Shown here: one piece after another, positions 39,271-48,426 of the stretch | How positions within the stretch are numbered: position 1 is the stretch's first letter | Layout: the number at the start of each line of letters is the position of its first letter | Source: Bdellovibrio sp. ZAP7 | GTDB taxonomy: Bacteria > Bdellovibrionota_B > Oligoflexia > Oligoflexales > RGVZ01 | DNA: 64,000 nt | Direction of reading: 5' to 3' | Assembly: GCA_945900755.1 (NCBI GenBank) | Contig: CAMDKS010000001.1 | Location: 63,491 to 127,490 of the forward strand | Program-made: the position numbers and the translations under genes | Notes under the pieces: generated by a model | What the model was told of the DNA's origin: nothing | Seen by the model: the letters and a program-made list of their open reading frames with translations, nothing else | The model's database searches: none

Positions 39271-40459
39271 GGAAAATTCCCAAGTAGCGCCGCAAAAAGG
39301 AATTGTCCCCAGGACAATTAACCTACAAGAATTACTAAGCAAAAAGTCACATTTTTTATTTGGCCCTAGATCCACTGGCAAATCAACAGCCATCGGTCAA
39401 CAGTTAGGCAAAAAGGCCGTAATCGTTAATTTGCTTCGCTCGGCGGTGCAATCAACGCTTCTTAAAAACCCAGAAGAACTCGAGGGCATCATTGATGCGG
39501 CCATCGATTCCAGCACATCAATGGTAGTGATAGACGAAATACAAAAAGTGCCTGCATTGCTTGATGAGGTTCATCGGCTGATCGAAGAACGCAACTTTAG
39601 ATTCTTACTCTCAGGGAGTAGCGCGCGAAAATTGAAGGCTTCAGGTGTCAATCTCTTAGGTGGACGCGCATGGATTTCAAATATGTTCCCTTTTACAACT
39701 GAAGAACTTAAAGAAAATTTTAAACTTGAGCACTTTCTGCGATATGGCGGCCTACCTCATGTCTACTTCAGCTCGTTTCCTCAAGATGAGCTGGAAGCAT
39801 ATATGACAACTTATCTTAACGAAGAAATTAAGATGGAAGGCTTGGTCCGAAAAATTCCTGCGTTTCTAGAATTTCTCCGGCTTGCAGCGATGACTAACAC
39901 TCAAATCCTTAACTTCTCGACCATAGCATCCGACACTGGTGTTAGTGCGACAACGATCAAAGAATACTATGGCATCTTAGAAGATACTTTGATCGGTAGG
40001 TTGGTGCAGCCCTGGGCGAAGTCCACCAAACGAAAAGCAGTGGCCACTGCGAAATTTTATTTTTTTGACACGGGAGTGGCTCACACGTTAGCGGAAACTA
40101 AAACCTTAGACCGCAACTCGGATCTCTACGGACAAAGTTTTGAGCAGTGGATCTTTATGGAGCTTTCCGCCTATCTATCTTATCGTAATCGTAAAGAGAA
40201 ACTTCGGTTCTGGAGGTCTCAGGATCGCCACGAAGTTGACTTTACCATTGGGGACGAGGTTGCCATCGAAGTCAAATCAACTAAGAAAATCAATAGAGAC
40301 GATTTCTTGGGAATTAACGCCTTACGAGAAGAGGGTTTCTTTAAGGCTTTTTTTATCGTCAGTAGCGATCCGGTCGATATCGTAAGAGATGGCGTCCATT
40401 GTTTAAATTGGAAAACATTTTTGCAGCGTCTATGGGCCGACCAAGTGCTCAGAATATAG
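39269..40459 (+). CDS. AAA_14 ATPase with DUF4143 and C-terminal PD-(D/E)XK-like domain
   Basis: GPRSTGKS, IDEIQK, SGSS, GGLP, KFYFFDTG, FWR..EVDF..AIEVK. Confidence 0.92.
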   Translation: MENSQVAPQKGIVPRTINLQELLSKKSHFLFGPRSTGKSTAIGQQLGKKAVIVNLLRSAVQSTLLKNPEELEGIIDAAIDSSTSMVVIDEIQKVPALLDEVHRLIEERNFRFLLSGSSARKLKASGVNLLGGRAWISNMFPFTTEELKENFKLEHFLRYGGLPHVYFSSFPQDELEAYMTTYLNEEIKMEGLVRKIPAFLEFLRLAAMTNTQILNFSTIASDTGVSATTIKEYYGILEDTLIGRLVQPWAKSTKRKAVATAKFYFFDTGVAHTLAETKTLDRNSDLYGQSFEQWIFMELSAYLSYRNRKEKLRFWRSQDRHEVDFTIGDEVAIEVKSTKKINRDDFLGINALREEGFFKAFFIVSSDPVDIVRDGVHCLNWKTFLQRLWADQVLRI

Positions 40460-40664
40460 AGACGAGCGACAAGGAGCAGATCAGACTCAACTGGATTTTT
40501 TCGCTGACAAGCTTATTTAGTTCGCGGAAACGCTCATGGTGGGCATTGCTGCCTTTCGAAATAATGGCCTCGGCATCCTTCAACGCTCGTTCGCAAAAAC
40601 GAGCCAAAGCAATTGGATGAAAGCGACGAAAAAGTTTTCAGTCGGATTCCTTGAGAGCACTCAT
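40449..40664 (-). pseudogene. Small conserved-hypothetical remnant (ESDWKLF..ALERFC type) with internal stop
   Basis: Reads MSALKESD*KLFRRFHPIALARFCERAL..HHERFRELNKLV; TGA at 40638-40640 where Trp would be expected. Confidence 0.6.
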
Positions 40665-40714
40665 TTCTGACGCCTTTGCCAAAAACGTTTTGTTCAAAAA
40701 TTTATCGCCACTGG

Positions 40715-42160
40715 TTACAGGCCGAGTTTTTGTCGCAGCATATTTACATCGGCTCGAAAAATATTTCCCGGCGACTTTGCATTTTGTTGTTCGTAGTAAA
40801 GCAAGAGACTTCTGAGTAAGTCACGTCCCTCGGGCGTTTTAGCCGATTGCTTTGGCGTTTTGTCATTCAAGGCTGGCACAGGAATATCAAACCAAGAGTC
40901 CCAATGGTCTTGACTTCTTTTTGCAATCATCGCCCTAGCTTCCGGGGGGAGCTGGTCTAAAGGTATGGCCGCTCCTCTTTCTGGCAATCGTTTTCCATTT
41001 TTCAGGGCTTCAATTTGTGGTTCAATGGGCTCAATCATAGTCGTCTTATATGTTACTTGACCGCGAAGGCGAGTCTCGACTTCCTTACGGATTCGTTTGG
41101 CCCGTTCATGTGAATTTACTTCGATCGTTAGTTGATTCTTATAAATTTTAATGTTCCCAAGAAGTATAGGTCCCGCCAAACGCTTTCTAGCGGTAGGCTT
41201 TCCCCCAAGCCAAGAGATTTTCGCTTCCACGATCTTTCCGTGCTCTGACCTCGCATGGTGCGTTAACTCATCTTCGGTGGCTCCCTCCTGTAGGACCTTT
41301 AATTTATGAAAAGCAAAGTCTGGGTCTTCAATTTGATACATAATTTTTTGCGGCATCAAGGGATCACCATCGGTATTATGCAACTTGATGTTCGGATTAA
41401 ATAATTGCTTGACGATATCTAGATACGTTTCGCGGATAGACTCATCAAACTCCAGAATATCCTCAGAGGTTAACGGCTTTTTCCCAACGGCGCTTTCGAT
41501 AAATTTTCTAAGTTTCAAGATTTCATTTTTGTATATAGGCGGTATTGGATAAGGTGCCGTTGCGATGTTCGAGAATCGATTTGCAAAATACATCGTAGCA
41601 CAAAACATGATTTGTCCGACTTGCAGAGCCAGGGACGCCGTTCGCTCGTTGACTTCAAACTCGCCGTCGGTCAGTAAATCCCGCAAACGCATTCCCGTTC
41701 CTGGGTGGACAGCAACCACCTCACAGAAGCTAAATGGGCACCGATTGGCTGCATTTAAAATCATTTTTTCGTCAGCACTAAGCTGCCGGTCGTTGGCTTC
41801 GAGAAAAGACTCAGCCACGGTGGTGTCAATAGGCGCGCCCAGTTTTACCGTTTCTTCCGGTTCCGTCTCTGTCCAATTAAATAGGAGCCAAGGCATGAAG
41901 GCTTGATTCATCGGTGCTTCGGGGTCAAACCCAACGTCTGTCTCATAATTATTGAAATCGTCCCATGCTTCGTGGAACGCTTCTGGTCCAAAAATCTCGG
42001 CGGCATGGCGCATCAGTCTGGGAATCAATTGAGCCTCGACATGACGCAGGCGCTGGTAGTTAAAATCAACAGCCTTACTGAGATCCTGAGTTGCCAGACA
42101 ACATTTTTTGTACTTCTTGCCACTTCCACAAGTGCATAGATCGTTTCGCCCTACTGTCAT
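40715..42160 (-). CDS. SEC-C motif protein with C-terminal Xre/MbcA/ParS-like domain
   Basis: GRNDLCTCGSGKKYKKCC; WFDIPVPALNDKTP..EGR; GAAGGAG RBS. Confidence 0.85.
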   Translation of the reverse strand: MTVGRNDLCTCGSGKKYKKCCLATQDLSKAVDFNYQRLRHVEAQLIPRLMRHAAEIFGPEAFHEAWDDFNNYETDVGFDPEAPMNQAFMPWLLFNWTETEPEETVKLGAPIDTTVAESFLEANDRQLSADEKMILNAANRCPFSFCEVVAVHPGTGMRLRDLLTDGEFEVNERTASLALQVGQIMFCATMYFANRFSNIATAPYPIPPIYKNEILKLRKFIESAVGKKPLTSEDILEFDESIRETYLDIVKQLFNPNIKLHNTDGDPLMPQKIMYQIEDPDFAFHKLKVLQEGATEDELTHHARSEHGKIVEAKISWLGGKPTARKRLAGPILLGNIKIYKNQLTIEVNSHERAKRIRKEVETRLRGQVTYKTTMIEPIEPQIEALKNGKRLPERGAAIPLDQLPPEARAMIAKRSQDHWDSWFDIPVPALNDKTPKQSAKTPEGRDLLRSLLLYYEQQNAKSPGNIFRADVNMLRQKLGL

Positions 42161-42399
42161 AGACTCACAACTCCTTCGGAGTAACATAATTGAAGTTAGG
42201 AAAATGCATTATTTATTTTCACCAAAAACACCAATGTGTTCGCCAGCCCTGTGGAGAACAGCACCAGCGGACTCTCTCACAGGTGGGCGGACATTTTCAA
42301 CTTCTATTGCAGGTTCATATGAAATTAGGTGTCTTTTTGGTGGTACTTTTGGGTTTAAACTCGCATTTTGGAGCTAGCGTCGTGGAGTTGAATAATAAG

Positions 42400-42507
42400 A
42401 AAATTAATGGCCGAAGGGATCATAACATCGCCGCTGTGACATTGATTAAGTCTAAAGGCGCTTTCGAAGTTTTAACTGTAATGACAGATTTTGAGGTGCA
42501 AAAATGA
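42400..42507 (+). pseudogene. Probable 3' remnant of a DUF4258-like toxin gene
   Basis: Ends FEVLTVMTDFEVQK with ATGA coupling to the DUF2283 gene; no credible 5' part. Confidence 0.4.
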
Positions 42508-42818
42508 AAGTCTATCATGATTCTGAAATTGACTATCTTTCAATAGACTTCACGGATGAGGTTGAGTCGAAGTCTGTATTTAAAGATGGAATTATTATTC
42601 GGTATAACAAAAAAGTCCATGTCATTGGGGTCGATATCACAGACTCAATGAAGCTTTTTGCAAGTTCCGACATGATGACTTTGCAAGAGGCTTGTGCCTT
42701 TTTGGGAATCTCAGAATCTACAATGAGACGAAAGATAAGACATGGAAAGATTAAGTTTGTTAAGCAAGGCAAGGATTATCGCTTTAAAAAATCTGCTATT
42801 ATTAACCTTGCAGCGTAG
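42504..42818 (+). CDS. DUF2283 plus HTH_17 fusion, putative antitoxin
   Basis: MKVYHDSEIDYLSIDF..GIIIRY..VIGVDI followed by MTLQEACAFLGISESTMRR..GKDYRF. Confidence 0.75.
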   Translation: MKVYHDSEIDYLSIDFTDEVESKSVFKDGIIIRYNKKVHVIGVDITDSMKLFASSDMMTLQEACAFLGISESTMRRKIRHGKIKFVKQGKDYRFKKSAIINLAA

Positions 42819-42843
42819 GCCTGTCGTCGAAATAGCTTTGATC

Positions 42844-42877
42844 TTGACACAAGTCAAATAATGTGCAATATTCACAT
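42844..42877 (+). promoter_or_regulatory. Promoter/operator of the DUF4258 TA pair
   Basis: TTGACA at 42844; inverted repeats TTGAC-N4-GTCAA and ATGTG-N7-CACAT. Confidence 0.55.
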
Positions 42878-42904
42878 AGCCGTTATATAGGAACATTCTG
42901 ACCC

Positions 42905-43195
42905 ATGCAGACCAGGCAATTAACCAAAACAATACGTTCCCTCATAGCTGCCGGTAAAGTTCGTGTCCTTAAACATGCCTGCGAACGAATGGCACTACGA
43001 GGTTACACGTTGCCCGAGGTAGAGCAAATCCTTAGGAGCGGATTCCACGAGCAAAACCACGATGAGTTTGATGGCAAATTTGACACTTGGCGTCACGCTA
43101 TACGGGGGTCAACGATCGACGGACGGCAGACCCGCGTGATAGTAGCAATTGTCGACGATCTTTTGGTAATCTCCGTCGTCGGGCCATTAAAATAA
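42905..43195 (+). CDS. DUF4258 family putative toxin
   Basis: HACERMALRG, WRHAIRGSTIDGR, LLVISV. Confidence 0.85.
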   Translation: MQTRQLTKTIRSLIAAGKVRVLKHACERMALRGYTLPEVEQILRSGFHEQNHDEFDGKFDTWRHAIRGSTIDGRQTRVIVAIVDDLLVISVVGPLK

Positions 43196-43208
43196 GGAAT
43201 AAAACTTC

Positions 43209-43652
43209 ATGAAAACAAAAAAATCAAAAAATCTTGTCTACGGCGGTCTAGGCTTCCCCATTATTTTTAAAGAGGTCGAGGTAAAAGAAGTGCTAGGAGA
43301 ATTCGTTCCCAACATGAACCACCGCAAACTTCAAGATGATGTGTTCCGAGCTCTTCTCAATGCTCGATTTAAGCTATCAGGATCCCATCTGGCCTTTATC
43401 CGGCATTATATGGGGCTGAAACAGGACGAGTTTGCCCAACGCCTTGGGCTGAGCGGCCATAGTATGATCTCAAAATGGGAAAAAAGGCGCACCATCTCCA
43501 CAGGTATGTCAAATGCCACTGAAGCTGGGGTCCGAATACTTATGCACCAATTTCTCAATGATCCGAAAATTGCCACCAAAGAAGTGACTGATATACTTGC
43601 CGGCGAACTTACTGAGCCGAAGGGGCCTGTTGCTGTGAGCGTGGCTGCATAA
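43209..43652 (+). CDS. MqsA-like XRE-HTH antitoxin
   Basis: YGGLGFPI N-terminus, LSGSHLAFIRHYMGLKQDEFA..ISKWE; follows the DUF4258 gene. Confidence 0.8.
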   Translation: MKTKKSKNLVYGGLGFPIIFKEVEVKEVLGEFVPNMNHRKLQDDVFRALLNARFKLSGSHLAFIRHYMGLKQDEFAQRLGLSGHSMISKWEKRRTISTGMSNATEAGVRILMHQFLNDPKIATKEVTDILAGELTEPKGPVAVSVAA

Positions 43653-43707
43653 AAAGATTTTCACTTCTGTCCCCATTGTTCACTGAGCCTACCCATGAAA
43701 CACTAGA

Positions 43708-44424
43708 TTAGTGATATTGGGGTTCCTGCTCGGCCAAATCCGTTTTGGCTAGCCACCATACTGGGTCTGGACGTTGGGGGTTAGGTGAAATTTCTGTCTC
43801 TTCACATTGGTCAAAGCATTCCAGTCGGAATTGAAACCCTTCATGAGAGGTGAGGGTTTCGCCAAATTCTTCCCAGGTATATTCAACGCCATCGACAATC
43901 ACAACCGGCGTGCCATCAGCCCGCTGGCAAATCCGACCATTAACAGCTGCGCCTTTGATATAGAGGCGGTCATGATGGAGTTCCGCCCCGAAATCAGACG
44001 AACGCATATAGCGAACGGCGAGGCCCGCCTCAATTTTCTTGTAGAGTTTGGCATAAACTTCCTGGACCGGGGTATCGGGGTGCTCAAGGACAGAAAATTG
44101 ATAACCGCCGGGTGAACCATCAACCAACTCGAACGACTTGATTCCAAGCCCAGTGCTTAGGCGAACATCAAAATAAAAGATATGGGCCTTACCGACTGAG
44201 TCATGCAACATAACGGGGGGGAAATTGACAGTCTCAGGCCTGGGAAACCCGGATTGCATGGCATGAAATTGATTGTAACACTCTGAGCAAAGTTTCTGGC
44301 ATGCGCCTCCATCCTTACTGGTGAGATGAGTAAAGCCGAAGGCGAGATTTTCCTTGCGGCATGTATCGCAAATCTCTGTTGGAATCTGTGATTTTGAATT
44401 TTGCCCAACTTTCTTGTTTTCCAT
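43708..44424 (-). CDS. Conserved hypothetical protein with N-terminal CxxC..CxxC (DUF7686/DUF7713-like)
   Basis: CDTC..CSECYN, GYQFSV, VIVDG.EYTWEEFG..HEGFQFRL. Confidence 0.6.
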   Translation of the reverse strand: MENKKVGQNSKSQIPTEICDTCRKENLAFGFTHLTSKDGGACQKLCSECYNQFHAMQSGFPRPETVNFPPVMLHDSVGKAHIFYFDVRLSTGLGIKSFELVDGSPGGYQFSVLEHPDTPVQEVYAKLYKKIEAGLAVRYMRSSDFGAELHHDRLYIKGAAVNGRICQRADGTPVVIVDGVEYTWEEFGETLTSHEGFQFRLECFDQCEETEISPNPQRPDPVWWLAKTDLAEQEPQYH

Positions 44425-44452
44425 TCAATGTCTTCCTTTCAAATTAGAGAGT

Positions 44453-44986
44453 TCATTCAGCCGAAATGTGGCCGTTTTCTGCTGGCAGATACGGAATCAA
44501 ACCTTTTTTAAACGCAACTTCTTGAACATCCCTTGTGGCGTGCCGTACATCCACAATGAAGCCGTTTATCGAAAGCATCCATGCCATTGGATTTTTGTCG
44601 AGCCTACTTGGGAGTGTCCATTCCGGGGCAAACTGTTGAAGTTTGAGCATTCGCCTTATCGCCATGCATTTTCCCTGGCCCGTGCTTTCCCCGACCCCAA
44701 GTGCCTTATCAATTGCGGTAAGTTTCATATAAGGTTTCGTGCTGGAATCATCAAGAAAATTAACCCATCCAACCGTGCGAATGATTCCACATGCCCAAGT
44801 GTTTGGTTTTCCACTTGCGAATGGCGACGGGCGCTTACGGGCGAGTTTGGCGAATAATTGCTTGCACAGATTGGTATACTCTTCATTGAGATGCTCTCGG
44901 CAAAACATCTCGACGAGGCTTGAAATATCTGAAAAATCGCCCTTTGGGCTTTTGGCGGACATATTCGCCGCAATTTTCTTGGCCAT
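44453..44986 (-). CDS. DUF6398-like protein
   Basis: FCREHLNEEY, KLARKRPSP, WACGI, NFL.D, PEWTLPS, GLIPY. Confidence 0.75.
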   Translation of the reverse strand: MAKKIAANMSAKSPKGDFSDISSLVEMFCREHLNEEYTNLCKQLFAKLARKRPSPFASGKPNTWACGIIRTVGWVNFLDDSSTKPYMKLTAIDKALGVGESTGQGKCMAIRRMLKLQQFAPEWTLPSRLDKNPMAWMLSINGFIVDVRHATRDVQEVAFKKGLIPYLPAENGHISAE

Positions 44987-45130
44987 TACACTGCCCTTTC
45001 GTCATTTGAAATAAATCTTGTCCTCGTTGCCCGCTTTGCGCTCCTTGCTACCATATAAATCAAGTCGGCGCAATTGTCGTGATTTAAGAGCATCACCGCC
45101 ATGGTTCTTGACACAATTTCTAACGCTTCT

Positions 45131-45289
45131 TCAAGCCGTCAAGTTGCCGACTTGTTTGGATTTAGACCAAGGACGAGTTCACAGCTTTGTGCGTCTTGGG
45201 TTGACCAAGGTTTTTTAATGGTCCTAGATTTTTCGAACAAAGGGCGAAAGTACGAACTTGCAAAACAATATCGGAAGCTAATCCCATGA
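45131..45289 (+). pseudogene. C-terminal winged-helix shard, Fic-family-like
   Basis: SSRQVADLFGFRPRTSSQLCASWVDQGFL..SNKGRKYEL; no upstream domain. Confidence 0.5.
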
Positions 45290-45409
45290 CGCAGGGGATT
45301 ACATCAAACTTTGCCCGGAGCACGAGCGGTTAAATGGCCCTAGCACACAGGATGCCACTATTGCGAATTATTTATTGCTGGCAATGCATACACGCGTCTA
45401 CGCAGCCGG

Positions 45410-45493
45410 ATCGTTGTAAACAATGCGGGCATCAATAGCGAGCGACCGGTTGCCATTGAAGAAACATCCGATGATGAGTTTGACCGTGTACTA
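45410..45493 (+). pseudogene. Internal shard of an SDR oxidoreductase
   Basis: IVVNNAGINSERPVAIEETSDDEFDRVL. Confidence 0.65.
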
Positions 45494-45854
45494 CCGCATT
45501 ATTAAGCTACCAATTTAAAGCTGGTGATTAGACCGTCAACTTCAGGCGACTTTGAGTATCGAACAGCGGAAGTTAGTGTCCGTCGTTTGCTTAGGTCGAT
45601 GACTTGAGACCGTTGCACCAGGGTTGGCCGCGAGGAATCCGGTAGACAACAATATCAAAATAGCGCTTAAAATCACGTTCCAACCACTGACCAAATATGC
45701 CGTCATTGTCGGCGGAATCGACAAAATCACTCTATCCAAAGGAAAACTCGAGGCCATTGGATGGCCTGTTCCGATTTCAACAAAATGATGGCTTTCTGCC
45801 TGCATTCAATCCGGCTTTAATCCCATCCCGAAAGCAAAGCCCTGCGTTGAAATT

Positions 45855-46340
45855 TTAAACTCTTGCCATATTAGACAAGTTATTTTCTGCTGAAGCGTCC
45901 GGCCTGGAACGAAGATATTTTGTTCCACCATGATCCACAACAACGGCATCAATTTCTCCTTTCGTGGCTAACTGAATGGCACGCTTCTTTGTAAGCCAGC
46001 CGAGCTCTTGGACGAAATATTCTAGAATTCGTCCACTCTTGTCCTTTTGCGTGCCAGTAATTTTCTTTTTTAAAGGCAAAACCTGAATTATACCAATTTT
46101 GCGTCCTTCATACTTTTCCATCGCACGCCAAAGTTTTTCAAATTCTGATTTTGTAAAATCTTGAATTTTTCGACTACCTTGCACACCTGTGTGTTTTTGC
46201 AAATAGCGTAAATATTTTTTAGAATTATTCTCCGAGTTTGGCGCATACGCCTTAATGAGGCCCGCAAGATCTCTATTTCCATACACATTTATTAAAAGGT
46301 CTATGTGGGCAGCATGGCCAGTTTCATAGTCGGGAAATTT
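45855..46340 (-). pseudogene. 5'-truncated virion-protein/lysozyme-like domain plus DUF3892-like domain
   Basis: Frame extends upstream of the GTG as FPDYETGHAA..; YAPNSENN..Y; C-terminal YLRSRPD..NNL; in-frame TAG just upstream. Confidence 0.6.
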
Positions 46341-46367
46341 GTCCGGCGAAAGCTTCTACAAATCGTG

Positions 46368-46757
46368 TCATTTGACCCTCTTAAAATAATACATTATTGG
46401 AGGACCAAGCTTACATTCGTCAGCCAATTTTACTCCATCTGCAGTCAATGTGAATGTCTCAGGGCAAACATCTCCTCTAAATGGAAGTCTCTTAGCGGTG
46501 TTGCCATGAATTGACGCGAAATAGACCTCCTCATCCTTCTCCTCGCCTGGCCTTTTCTCTTCTCCTGCCTTGAAGTCTCTCCATAGTTCGACCCACAATT
46601 TCTTTCCATCCTTTTCAATCATCAGTCCACCGCCACCGCCCTTCAGCACATACGTTCCTGCCCAGTTCTGAGACTTGTCTTTGGAGTAAGAGTTTTGTGG
46701 GCAAGTGAAAGCCGTGATTAGAGTCACAAAGGCTACAGAATAAATTGAAAACCTCAT
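46368..46757 (-). CDS. Small secreted hypothetical protein
   Basis: GAGGAG RBS, signal peptide, WAGTY strand, two C-terminal Cys. Confidence 0.7.
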   Translation of the reverse strand: MRFSIYSVAFVTLITAFTCPQNSYSKDKSQNWAGTYVLKGGGGGLMIEKDGKKLWVELWRDFKAGEEKRPGEEKDEEVYFASIHGNTAKRLPFRGDVCPETFTLTADGVKLADECKLGPPIMYYFKRVK

Positions 46758-46924
46758 AAAAGCTCCTCAGTAAGACGCAATTGTGAGTCACATTTTTCAA
46801 ATATGCAACAAACTTTGTAAAATTCACGAGCGGACAAATGGCTCTAGAACACCTGCAGAATTCGGCAATGTTGAATTCCTACCAGGCAGGCCGGACCGCT
46901 TCGCACCCTCTTAGAAGGCAAGGT

Positions 46925-47569
46925 AAAGTCATTAAGTTTTACCGCGGTCGGGGCAACGCAGAAATTTCATCAAAGAAGACAAGTGCGGCTTTGATCTCAA
47001 GCACTATCCTTGCCAAAAACTCACTGCCAACAAGGGCTACGGGCTTATCACGGCTCACGCAACTTCATACATGCGCTACCTAGCCTTGCTCCAAAAGAGC
47101 AAGATCACGCATTTTGCAAAGGCCACTCGCAATCGACTGATCCACCTGCCTGTCCAGATTAGCCGTCACGCCAGGCATGTGATCTTTAAGTTCTGTGAAC
47201 GTCATATCGCGGAGGTGAATCGCGTCCTACAACAAATCAAAAATCTGCAGTTAGTATTGCATCGACGAATCCAGAAGCAGGCGGATGCTCTTTGAAATTT
47301 GAATAGTATCGATACCATCTTCGCTACATAACCCCGCAGAGTAAATAATAGTGGAGCCTTAAGTCTCCGCTCGGCAAAACTGTGTGTTGATAAGCCTGTT
47401 TGCGAGCAACCTGATAGTGCAAGGGCCATAGCACGAAAAAAATTTAGGCCGCAAAGGAGGAGTGCCAGGAAAAAGACGCACGAATGCCCTCCTGCCGATC
47501 ACGACGCCGCAAAAAAATGCAAGAAGTGATCGCACGAATAAATTTTAACTCTGAAATTTCGGATTTGGG
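46925..47569 (+). mobile_element. IS1380-family remnant (transposase C-terminus plus probable right end)
   Basis: FYRGRGNAE-[1-nt frameshift near 46964]-FIKEDKCGFDLKHYPC..AN..LIHLPVQISRHAR, stop at 47295; end-like TTCGGATTTGGG at 47558-47569. Confidence 0.75.
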
Positions 47570-47694
47570 TTCTTCTCGCCTGACACGAGCAGATCAAGGA
47601 AGAGCAAGCGCGAGGACCGAGGTGTACATGTGGTACTCCGAGGGAGTCGCGCGACGCGATGACGCAGAGATGCGAAGTGTATGGCGATGAAGAA
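47570..47694. repeat. About 125-bp GC-rich REP/MITE-like element
   Basis: Termini TTCTTCTCGCC / GGCGATGAAGAA; internal GTAC-ATGTG-GTAC and GTCGCGCGAC palindromes. Confidence 0.5.
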
Positions 47695-47695
47695 G

Positions 47696-47768
47696 CGTCC
47701 CCAACGAGATTCGAACTCGTGTAGCCACCGTGAAAGGGTGGTGTCCTGGGCCACTAGACGATGGGGAC
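47696..47768 (-). tRNA. tRNA-Glu(TTC), CCA not encoded
   Basis: GTCCCCATCGTCTAGTGGCCCAGGACACCACCC-TTTCAC-GGTGG..GTTCGAATC..TGGGGACG cloverleaf. Confidence 0.97.
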
Positions 47769-47803
47769 CCAAAAAAAATACCGACTTCTCTTTATGAAAG
47801 AAG

Positions 47804-47876
47804 TGAGCCCGGATGGATTCGAACCATCGACCCGTACATTAAAAGTGTACTGCTCTACCAACTGAGCTACGAGCCC
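47804..47876 (-). tRNA. tRNA-Lys(TTT), CCA not encoded
   Basis: GGGCTCGTAGCTCAGTTGGTAGAGCAGTACA-CTTTTAA-TGTAC..GGTTCGAATCC..CGGGCTCA. Confidence 0.97.
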
Positions 47877-48066
47877 GCGGTCTTCAACAATGAAAACATC
47901 GAGGCAGAAGTATGTATAAAAACCACGAGCCTTCGTCAACGTCAATTTGCACAATCCAGACATTTATTTTACCTCTGACTAAAATTCGGTCGGAGATGCC
48001 TGAAACCATTGATTCTTCGGCCATCCTAGCCTATTGTGCCCTTGCTCAAAAAACTAGGGAGAAATA

Positions 48067-48393
48067 GTGACCAAAATCATCAAAAGAGACCGTCAAACTA
48101 GCTCAGCTGATCTTGTTGCGGCTATCGATAATCTGAATCCTCTGCTTGAAGAGCAAGAAGAGGATGAGGCGGTAGCCCATTTAAAAAAGGCGTCAGCCAC
48201 CCTCAGAACGGCAGCCCTCGGCAGTGACGCCTACAAGGCGGCGATTGAGGACGTGATTGACGCGTTTGAGGGGGACTTAGAGTTGTCCGCGTACACCCAC
48301 TCGCGCAAGGACTCTAAGGAATGGACGGTGGCCGAGCAGCTAGCCATTGCAAGTTGCCGGGTTTTGAATCTTGCTCGTCGTATGAAAGCATAA
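48067..48393 (+). CDS. Hypothetical helical protein
   Basis: GGGAG RBS before GTG; protein-like composition. Confidence 0.7.
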   Translation: MTKIIKRDRQTSSADLVAAIDNLNPLLEEQEEDEAVAHLKKASATLRTAALGSDAYKAAIEDVIDAFEGDLELSAYTHSRKDSKEWTVAEQLAIASCRVLNLARRMKA

Positions 48394-48426
48394 CGTATTC
48401 GTTAGTTAATTTTAGGAAGCAAAAAA

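Noticed and set aside
42190..42400. 5' part of the 105-aa ORF 42190-42507 as a real gene
   Set aside because: Starts at TTG within the divergent gene's upstream region, no RBS, no recognisable motif
45542..45805. 87-aa minus-strand ORF
   Set aside because: Hydrophobic patch but no recognisable family or RBS; may be another shard, cannot be supported
39180..47700. Prophage or integrative element at tRNA-Glu
   Set aside because: No integrase, no phage structural cluster and no duplicated tRNA 3' end found
47484..47978. Short ORFs over the tRNA region
   Set aside because: They overlap tRNA genes and the palindromic element; spurious
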